A stretch of DNA of 64,000 bases from Planctomycetota bacterium (GTDB lineage Bacteria > Planctomycetota > UBA8742 > UBA2392), in assembly GCA_022071975.1 (NCBI GenBank), contig JAJVIO010000036.1:1606-65605 (forward strand). The letters run 5' to 3'. A model generated the notes under the pieces. That model made no database searches, had not been told where the DNA came from, and was given only the letters and a program-made list of their open reading frames with translations. The position numbers were made by a program, and so were the translations under genes. Position 1 is the stretch's first letter. Every line of letters starts with the position of its first letter. Shown here in pieces: positions 7,616-14,788 of this stretch.

Positions 7616-9329
7616 AGACAGGAGGCAGGCGGCAGGCGGCAGTTGGCAGGAACCGCAGGGTTCCGCTGATCTGCATTTGCCCAGTGAGCCCATAACTGCC
7701 GCCCGACGACTTTCGCCTGCCGCCTCAAAGAAGCGCGACTGGCGCACACCTTTGCTGCTGACGCTCAGTGTGCACCTGATGGCATTCACGCTGGCCATCA
7801 ACCACCGCCTGTTCGCGTTGATTGAGGAGCCGCCACCCGGCCCCTACGTGATGCAGGTGGGCGAACTGATCGGCTCGGACCCGCAGGAAGAAAACCAGCA
7901 GGATGAACCAGGCGCCGCGCCTGACGAGCCGGCCGCGCAGACAGCGCCGCAGGCCACTGTCTCCGACGCGTTCAAAGCGCTCGAGACACCACAGGCGCAG
8001 CCCCGCGAAGTCACCGAAAAACCCGCCACCGAAAAGCCCGGAGAAACCAGGCAGGCCGACCCGCGCAGCCTGAGCGAGCGCCTGCAGGCGTCGCTGGACG
8101 CTGCCGGCGGCGGAGGCGGCAGTGACGGCAGCGTGGGCCTGGCGGGCGGCGGCAGCCACGGCCTGCGCGGCGAGGGCAAACACGGCATCGGATTGAAACG
8201 CCACGGCGGTTCGGGAGAGACCGAGAACGCCGTGAACATGGGGCTGGCCTGGCTGGTCAAGGTGCAGGACATCGACGGCAAGTGGGATTCAGATGCCTAC
8301 ATGCTGCACTATCTGCCCAGTGCCACCGCTGAAGAGCGGTACGCGGAAGGCGTGGGACTCGCCCGCAACGACATTGCGCTCACCGGCCTGTGCATGCTGG
8401 CCTTCACCGGCGCCGGCCACTCCGACCGCGAAGGCGGCTACCAGCCGACCGTTAAGCGCGCCCGCGAGTTCCTGCTCTCGAAACAGCGCGTGCAGGACGG
8501 CGGCTTTGGCCTCGAGACCGACGACATCCGCGTCACCATGTACGGCCACTCGCTGGCGACTTTCGCCATTACCGACCTGTACCTGGTCAGCGGCGATGAA
8601 ACCCTGCGCACGCCCATGCGCCGCGCGCTTGAGTATCTGCTGGCCATGCAGGGTCCGGGCGGCGGCTGGGACTACGACCAGCGCTACCCCTCGCGGCGTG
8701 ACAAGTTCCAGCCTTCCACGCGCGACGACCTCTCCATCACGGGTTGGGCCGTGCTGGCGCTGGTGGCGGCGCGCGAAGCCAATTTTGACGTGCCGCGCGA
8801 GAACCTGGACCGGCTGGCGGGCTTCCTGCAGGACTGCACCCGTAAGGACGGCAGTGCGGTCTACGCCGACGAGGGCACGCGCGCCGGCGACCGCGGCATG
8901 GCCATGCTCGCCGTAAGCAACGTGACGCGACGGCTGCTGGGTGAGCCCGCGGACGCCTGGGTGCAGCAGCAGCAGCTGGAGCGCATGGCAAAGCTTCCCC
9001 CCAGTTGGGCCGCGGCAGGCACCCTGGAAGGCAGCAACATGTACTACTGGTACTACGGCAGCATCGGCATGCTGCTGTCAAAGAACACCGACGGCGGCGT
9101 GGACCGCTGGCGCGAGTGGAACGTGGCGCTCAAGCGCACGCTGCTGAACAACCAGTGCCAGAACGGCGGCCGTCGCGGCAGTTTCGACCCGGTCTGCCAC
9201 TGGGGCCGCAACGGCGGCGGGCGCGTGTATTCAACGGCGATCTGCGTACTCAATCTGGAAATCTACTACCGCTACGAACCCGAGTACCTGCGGGTACGCG
9301 CAAGTGAATTGGGTTACCTTTGGGAGTAG
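7608..9329 (+). CDS. Membrane-anchored prenyltransferase/squalene-oxidase-repeat (alpha/alpha-toroid) protein
   Basis: Repeats LAWLVKVQDIDGKWDSD, LLSKQRVQDGGFG, LLAMQGPGGGWDYDQ and NNQCQNGGRRGSFD, plus an N-terminal TM helix (LLLTLSVHLMAFTLAI) and an acidic linker. The start is uncertain: GTG 7608 overlaps the upstream stop (GTGA), while the listed ATG 7524 lies inside the upstream gene. Confidence 0.65.
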   Translation: MTEDRRQAAGGSWQEPQGSADLHLPSEPITAARRLSPAASKKRDWRTPLLLTLSVHLMAFTLAINHRLFALIEEPPPGPYVMQVGELIGSDPQEENQQDEPGAAPDEPAAQTAPQATVSDAFKALETPQAQPREVTEKPATEKPGETRQADPRSLSERLQASLDAAGGGGGSDGSVGLAGGGSHGLRGEGKHGIGLKRHGGSGETENAVNMGLAWLVKVQDIDGKWDSDAYMLHYLPSATAEERYAEGVGLARNDIALTGLCMLAFTGAGHSDREGGYQPTVKRAREFLLSKQRVQDGGFGLETDDIRVTMYGHSLATFAITDLYLVSGDETLRTPMRRALEYLLAMQGPGGGWDYDQRYPSRRDKFQPSTRDDLSITGWAVLALVAAREANFDVPRENLDRLAGFLQDCTRKDGSAVYADEGTRAGDRGMAMLAVSNVTRRLLGEPADAWVQQQQLERMAKLPPSWAAAGTLEGSNMYYWYYGSIGMLLSKNTDGGVDRWREWNVALKRTLLNNQCQNGGRRGSFDPVCHWGRNGGGRVYSTAICVLNLEIYYRYEPEYLRVRASELGYLWE

Positions 9330-9548
9330 CCGTCAGATAAATCTTCTTCCGGCTTCTTTACTTTCACCCGCATCTAATCCAAAACTTCGGTCCGTCCATG
9401 CCTGCCGGGCAGGCGCCGTGACGGCGGTGCTCCCTTCGGTCGCTTCCGTACTCCGGGCAAGCGGCGGCCGAGCGGAGTGCCGATGCCGCGCACCGGCGCC
9501 TCAGGTGAGGCCCCGGGAGGCGGCGCCAACAGCAACAGGAGCCGTTGG

Positions 9549-10202
9549 ATGCTGCAACTCGTCCCCACCCGCGCGTTCTTCACGAAGGGCGTCGGGATTC
9601 ACAAGGAATATCTGGCCAGCTTCGAGGACGCCCTTCGCGATGCGGGCATCGCCGCGCTGAACGTGGTTACCATCAGCTCGATCATGCCCCCCGGGTGCAA
9701 GATCATCCCCAAGAGCCAGGGCCTCAAGGAACTGCATGACGGCCAGGTAGCCTTCTGCGTGATGTCGCGACAGGCCACCAACGAGTACCGCCGCATGGTG
9801 GCCGCCAGCGTCGGCGTGGCCGTGCCCTCCGATCCCACCAAGTTCGGCTACCTCAGCGAATACCACGCCTACGGCGTCAATGACCAGCAGGCCGGCGACT
9901 ACGCCGAAGACCTGGCCGCCAGCATGCTCGCCACCACCATGGGCCTGAAGTTCGACTCCACCAAGGCCTGGAACGAGCGCAAACAGGAGTGGAAGCTGGG
10001 CGGAGAAATCGTCACCACCCGCAACGTCACCCAGTCCGCCGAAGGACCCAAAGACATGTGGGCCACGGTGATCGCCGCCTGCGTCTTCATCTTCGACAAC
10101 TGGCAGCTCACACCCGAGCAGCTCAAGACCCTCAACGCCGGGCACACCGGCCTGCGGGTACCCGAGCTCGCCAACCCCAAGCACAAGCGCCCCAAGGCCT
10201 AG
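9549..10202 (+). CDS. pdaD: Pyruvoyl-dependent arginine decarboxylase
   Basis: ATG 9549 is preceded by CAGGAG. The self-cleavage/pyruvoyl site NVVTISSIMPP matches the archaeal PdaD motif ISSIMPP. About 35 extra residues sit at the C-terminus. Confidence 0.85.
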   Translation: MLQLVPTRAFFTKGVGIHKEYLASFEDALRDAGIAALNVVTISSIMPPGCKIIPKSQGLKELHDGQVAFCVMSRQATNEYRRMVAASVGVAVPSDPTKFGYLSEYHAYGVNDQQAGDYAEDLAASMLATTMGLKFDSTKAWNERKQEWKLGGEIVTTRNVTQSAEGPKDMWATVIAACVFIFDNWQLTPEQLKTLNAGHTGLRVPELANPKHKRPKA

Positions 10203-10268
10203 GAATGCCAGTACACCGGCCGGCGTTCGGTACATCCGGACGCCGGCCGAACTGTTCCGGAGCAACCC

Positions 10269-11180
10269 ATGCCCAAGCTTCACGACCTGCTGGTCACCGA
10301 CGACGACAACTTCTTCGGCCTCGAGCCCGAGCTCGCGACCCTTGAGCGCGCGCGCTTCGTAGTGATGTCCGCGCCCTACGAGGGCACCGTCAGCTACGGC
10401 AAGGGCACCGGCGCCGGCCCGGAAGCCATCCGCATCGCCAGCCAGCAGGTCGAGCTGTTCGACGAGATCACCGGCGCCGAGCACATCCCCCACCACGGCG
10501 TCGCGACGCTGAAGCCCTTCAACCCGGACTGCACGGCCGAGGAGATGACCATCGGCCAGATTTACCCGGTGACGCAGCAGATCCTTGAGGCCGGCAAGTT
10601 CCCGATCCTGGTCGGCGGCGAGCACTCGGTCAGCCCGGGCGCGGTGAAGGCCGTGGCCGAGCGCGTGCCGGACCTTAGCGTGTTCCACATTGATGCTCAC
10701 AGCGACATGCGCGAGGCCTACCACGACGACCCCTACAGCCACGCCAGCGCCGCCGCGCGCATCAACGAGTGGTGCCCGATCGTGCAGGTGGGAATTCGTT
10801 CGCGCGAGAAGTTCGAGCCCGGCGACCCCAAGCGCCCGGTGCACTGCTACCACGCCTGGGACTACCACAGTGAAGGGCCCTGGATCGACGAGGCGGTCGG
10901 CAAGCTCTCGCGCAACGTGTACCTGACCATCGACGTGGACGGCTTCGACCCCAGCGTTTTTCCCGGCACCGGCACGCCTGAGCCGGGCGGCCTGAGCTGG
11001 TACCTGGGGCTGAAGATCATCCAAAAGATCGCCCAGAGCCGGAACATCGTGGGCTTCGACATCGTCGAAGTAGCGCCCACGGAAGGCCAGCAGGTAAGCG
11101 AGTTCGCGGCCGCCAGGCTGATGGGCCGCATCATTGCGTTCATCAGCCACTACTGCTGGCGCGGCGAAGGCGCGGTCTGA
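10269..11180 (+). CDS. speB: Agmatinase (ureohydrolase/arginase family)
   Basis: Mn-binding motifs GGEHSVS, HIDAHSDMR and LTIDVDGFDPS, plus PGTGTPEPGG. The gene lies directly downstream of pdaD. Confidence 0.9.
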   Translation: MPKLHDLLVTDDDNFFGLEPELATLERARFVVMSAPYEGTVSYGKGTGAGPEAIRIASQQVELFDEITGAEHIPHHGVATLKPFNPDCTAEEMTIGQIYPVTQQILEAGKFPILVGGEHSVSPGAVKAVAERVPDLSVFHIDAHSDMREAYHDDPYSHASAAARINEWCPIVQVGIRSREKFEPGDPKRPVHCYHAWDYHSEGPWIDEAVGKLSRNVYLTIDVDGFDPSVFPGTGTPEPGGLSWYLGLKIIQKIAQSRNIVGFDIVEVAPTEGQQVSEFAAARLMGRIIAFISHYCWRGEGAV

Positions 11181-11202
11181 TGTGATGCGGGCGCCCCGCC
11201 CG

Positions 11203-13461
11203 CTACAGCGCCCTCAGGATCAGCACCACGGCCGCCGCGATGCCCGCCAGCACGAACGGAGCCCAGGCCAGGAAGTAGGTCAGCTTGCCGGCTTTGGGAG
11301 TCTGCGGGTCTTTGCGGTATTGCTCGAAACGCCTGCGCAGCTCGTCGCTGGCCGTCGCGATCAGCTTGCCCGCCCGGAAGCGGAAGAACCAGCTCCACAG
11401 GATGCCGCCCCACATCGGCGTCAGGGCCATCAGGTAGAACGCCGCCGGCGTTTCGGGTCCGCCGGGGCCGATCAGGCTGATCCAGGTCAGGCTTCCCACG
11501 GCGCCGAACAGCACGGCGTTGTTGGCGAACGCGCGCGCCATGGGAGCGATCTTCTCGCGCTGCTCGGGTGTCATGCGCCGGGTCAGCAGCGTGCGCAGGG
11601 CCTGGTTGACTTCGGGGTACGGGTGGCCGATCTGCGCGATCGTCCACACGCCGGCCAGGATCACCAGCAGGTGCAGCATCAGCGTGCCGCGCCGGAAGTC
11701 GTCGGGCAGCTTCTGCAGGCGCCACTCCCAGCCAGACTGGTCGATGAAGAACAGCGCCAGCACGAAAATGATCACCACCACGCCCCAGCGCCAGAACATG
11801 TCGCGCCGGTCCTGGCCGGAAATCGCGTCCAGCGCGTCCAGCTTGCGGTAAGCGCCTTGCTCCAGCGCGCCGATCGCCAGCGCCGCCAGCAGCGCGCCGC
11901 CGAACATCTGCACCGCCACAATCGCCGCCACCTGGCTGCGCAGCGCCACCGCGTACAGCAACGCGAAATCCACCGGCGCCATGTACATCCACTTCGCGCG
12001 CCGGCAGGCCTCGGCGGCGAAGTAGCCGCGCAGATTTCCTGACGTGATGCCCGCCCGCTTCCACAGCAATATCGCGTGTGTGGCATCAAACGCGGCCGTG
12101 GGGCGCAGCCACAGCCACGCGGACATGGTGCCGAAGCCCAGCACGATCAGCCCCGAGTACACCCCCGGGTCCACCATGTGGGCGCGCACGTGCAGGTGCT
12201 GCTCGCCCAGCAGGATGAACGCTGTGGCCAAAAAGCAGCTTGCCGCCAGCAGGAAGGCAAAGGCCTTGCCGAGCAGCGAGAAGAACCAGCCCTCGTCGGC
12301 CGACTGCTCGACTTCTTCCTCGTAGCTTTCCAGCGCCTTCTGCAATTCACGCACGGTCTGGAAACGGGCCTCCTGGGCCGGCTCCAGGCATTTCATCACG
12401 ATGCGCTCAAGGCCGCGCGGCACCAGCGCTCCCACGTTGCGCACACTGGGGCGCGGCGGCGGCTCGGTGGCAACCTTGCGGATCAGTTCGCTGGCCGTGG
12501 CGGCCTCGTAGGGCGCGTGCAGGGCCAGCATCTCGTACAGGATCGCGCCCAGGCTGTAGATGTCGCTGCGCTGGTCGATCTTGTCGCGCTCGCCGCGCGC
12601 CTGCTCGGGCGGCATGTAGGCGGGCGTGCCGATGATGGTGCCGTCCAGGGTTTCGCTGCCCGGCGTCTGCAGGCGGCTGGTGGTGACCTTGCTGACCAGC
12701 TCCGGGTGGTCTTTCACGCGCGCCAGGCCCCAGTCCATCACCATCACTTCGCCGTAGTCGCCCAGCATCACGTTGTCCGGCTTGAGGTCGCGGTGGATCA
12801 CCCCGCGGTCGTGGGCGTAGGCCATACAGTTCAGCAGCTGCCCGAAGATGTACAGCCGTCGCGTGAGCGGGAACTGCTCGTGCGTCTCGCGGTCGCCGGC
12901 CCGAAGCTTGCGCATCACCTGTGCCAGGCTGCGCCCCTCCACCAGCTTCATGGTGAAAAACGTTCGCCCGCCGGGCTCATGCCCCAGCTCGTGCACCGGC
13001 ACGATGTTGGGGTGGCTGAGCTGGCCGGTGACCTGGGCTTCCTCGATGAAGCGGGCGACGCTGCCGCTGGCGGTGCGGTCGGCGCGCGTGAGTTTCAGGG
13101 CCACCTCGCGCTGCAGGTCGCGGTCGAAAGCGCGCATCACCACGCCCATGCCGCCGCGCCCGATTTCGTCGCGGATTTCGTAGCGCCGCCCGCCGACGCC
13201 GCCGTGGGTCTGCGCCACGCGGCGGGTTTCGGCCTGGCTCATGGGTTGCGTGGGCGCGTCCGTGGAGGCATTGGCCTGCAGGTCGCGGGCCAGCTCGGTG
13301 TCGCAGTAGATGGAGGGCTGGCCGATCTCCAGCAGCGTTTCGCCGGGCGCGTCGGGGATGGTCGAGGCGTCTTCGGGCAGGTTCACCACGCCGCCGACTT
13401 CCAGCAGCGTTTCGCCCTCGTCAGGCTTGCCGGTTTCCGGTTCATCCGCCATCGGCGTCAT
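11203..13461 (-). CDS. Ser/Thr protein kinase fused to a C-terminal polytopic (about 9 TM) membrane domain
   Basis: Hanks motifs GRGGMGVV, VALK, HRDLKPDNVML, DWGLA and GTPAYMPPEQ. The C-terminal half consists of repeated hydrophobic helices. The start is ATG 13461 or 13452. Confidence 0.85.
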   Translation of the reverse strand: MTPMADEPETGKPDEGETLLEVGGVVNLPEDASTIPDAPGETLLEIGQPSIYCDTELARDLQANASTDAPTQPMSQAETRRVAQTHGGVGGRRYEIRDEIGRGGMGVVMRAFDRDLQREVALKLTRADRTASGSVARFIEEAQVTGQLSHPNIVPVHELGHEPGGRTFFTMKLVEGRSLAQVMRKLRAGDRETHEQFPLTRRLYIFGQLLNCMAYAHDRGVIHRDLKPDNVMLGDYGEVMVMDWGLARVKDHPELVSKVTTSRLQTPGSETLDGTIIGTPAYMPPEQARGERDKIDQRSDIYSLGAILYEMLALHAPYEAATASELIRKVATEPPPRPSVRNVGALVPRGLERIVMKCLEPAQEARFQTVRELQKALESYEEEVEQSADEGWFFSLLGKAFAFLLAASCFLATAFILLGEQHLHVRAHMVDPGVYSGLIVLGFGTMSAWLWLRPTAAFDATHAILLWKRAGITSGNLRGYFAAEACRRAKWMYMAPVDFALLYAVALRSQVAAIVAVQMFGGALLAALAIGALEQGAYRKLDALDAISGQDRRDMFWRWGVVVIIFVLALFFIDQSGWEWRLQKLPDDFRRGTLMLHLLVILAGVWTIAQIGHPYPEVNQALRTLLTRRMTPEQREKIAPMARAFANNAVLFGAVGSLTWISLIGPGGPETPAAFYLMALTPMWGGILWSWFFRFRAGKLIATASDELRRRFEQYRKDPQTPKAGKLTYFLAWAPFVLAGIAAAVVLILRAL

Positions 13462-13476
13462 ACAGCTTTCACGGGC

Positions 13477-13516
13477 CACAAAAACACGAAAGCACAAAAA
13501 AACCGCATCACAAAAA
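13477..13516. repeat. Three direct CACAAAAA repeats at exact 16-bp spacing in the kinase/AKR divergent intergenic region
   Basis: CACAAAAA starts at 13477, 13493 and 13509, inside an A-rich island in an otherwise GC-rich sequence, 16 nt upstream of the kinase ATG. Confidence 0.6.
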
Positions 13517-13521
13517 TACTG

Positions 13522-13594
13522 ACGCGAAGGCCGCGAAGAACCGCGAAGAAAACAACTACTGCTGAAGACTCTTCGCTTCTTCGTTCCTTCGCGT
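13522..13594. repeat. Composite imperfect inverted repeat built from CGCGAAG (x3) and CTTCG (x3) modules
   Basis: The outer arms ACGCGAAGG (13522-13530) and CCTTCGCGT (13586-13594) are perfectly complementary. Inner modules CGCGAAG sit at 13532 and 13542, opposite CTTCG at 13571 and 13579. Confidence 0.55.
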
Positions 13595-13655
13595 TAATCC
13601 AGCCCTTGCCTTTGCCGCACCAGCAAGTCTGCGCGAAACAAGTTAGCATCCCGCC

Positions 13656-14612
13656 ATGCGCATGCGTGCCCTGTTTCCCAGCGGACCCCTGGTCGGTGAG
13701 ATCGGCCTGAGCCTGTCCTCTCCCCCCTCGGCCTCGCAGCCCGTGCGGCGGCTGGCGATCCTGGCCCCCGCCAGCGAAGATCCGGCCGCGTCCGGCGAAG
13801 ACGGCGCCGCGCAGACCATCCGACGCGCCCTGCAGCTGGGCGTCAACCTGATCGACACGGACTGGATCACCGCCAACGGCCACGCCCAGGAACTGCTCGG
13901 CCGCGCGCTGCACGGCGTGCCGCGCGACAGCGTGATCGTAACCAGCAAGGCCGGCCCGCGCCTGACCTTCCACGGCGCACTCACCCTCGACAATTCGCGT
14001 GCCAACCTGATCAACCAGTGCCACGACAGTCTGTTCCGCCTCAAGACCGATTACATCGACCTCTACCAGGTGCACTGGCCCGACGACACCAGCCCTGTGC
14101 AGACCGCGCGTGGCCTGCAGGACATCGTCAGCGGCAGCTACGCGCGCTGGGTGGGCGCCTGCAATTACACCGTAGCGCAACTCGAGGCCCTGCACGGGCA
14201 GATCAAAGTGCAGACCCTCCAGGCGCCGCTCAACCCGTTAAACCACGCGGCCTTGAGCACCGTACTGCCCTGGTGTGTTGCGCACGGCGTCGGCTTCCTG
14301 GCCGCGGACCCGCTGCTGTCGGGCCTGCTCACCGGCCGCTTTACGGGCGACGAAGAGTTCACCGAGGAAGACCGCGACGAGTTCTTTACCCCGCCGAAGT
14401 TCGCAAAGGCGGTGGCCTTCGCGCGCGAGCTGGCTGAAATCGGCCACCCGGGCCGACTGGCGGTCGGCTGGGTGCTGGCCCAGCCCGGCGTAAGCTGCGT
14501 ACTCTGCCCCGCCGTGGATGCAGGCGAGTTTGAAGAACTCGCACAAGCCGAAGCCCTGGATGCCGCAACCGTGCAGGCCATCAACGACCTCGCCATCAAG
14601 CACGGGCTGTAG
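13656..14612 (+). CDS. Aldo/keto reductase family oxidoreductase
   Basis: Motifs LGVNLIDTD, GHAQELLGRAL and DYIDLYQVHWPDD; 318 aa. Confidence 0.85.
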   Translation: MRMRALFPSGPLVGEIGLSLSSPPSASQPVRRLAILAPASEDPAASGEDGAAQTIRRALQLGVNLIDTDWITANGHAQELLGRALHGVPRDSVIVTSKAGPRLTFHGALTLDNSRANLINQCHDSLFRLKTDYIDLYQVHWPDDTSPVQTARGLQDIVSGSYARWVGACNYTVAQLEALHGQIKVQTLQAPLNPLNHAALSTVLPWCVAHGVGFLAADPLLSGLLTGRFTGDEEFTEEDRDEFFTPPKFAKAVAFARELAEIGHPGRLAVGWVLAQPGVSCVLCPAVDAGEFEELAQAEALDAATVQAINDLAIKHGL

Positions 14613-14637
14613 TCCACCATGAGGCTTGGCCCGCTTT

Positions 14638-14663
14638 ACTTCGCGACTCTTCGCTCCTTCGCG
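14638..14663. repeat. Second copy of the CTTCGC-module element, downstream of the AKR gene
   Basis: CTTCGC occurs at 14638, 14648 and 14656. It shares the strings GACTCTTCGCT and CCTTCGCGT with the 13567-13594 arm. Confidence 0.5.
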
Positions 14664-14788
14664 TGATGTCGTCCCGTGAGCGCAGCGAGCGGCCCAGGAT
14701 TATCGGCGCAAGTTTGATTTCGGGCGCTGTGCCCCGCCCGCCGATTCGTATAAACAGCGGGCCCTGAGGATTTCCCCTGCCGTTCACC

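Noticed and set aside
9330-9548. Possible riboswitch or leader upstream of pdaD (several short GC hairpins, e.g. GCCTGC-CGG-GCAGGC)
   Set aside because: I could recognise no conserved riboswitch core by eye, and short hairpins are expected by chance at this GC content. I cannot support a call without covariance-model searches.
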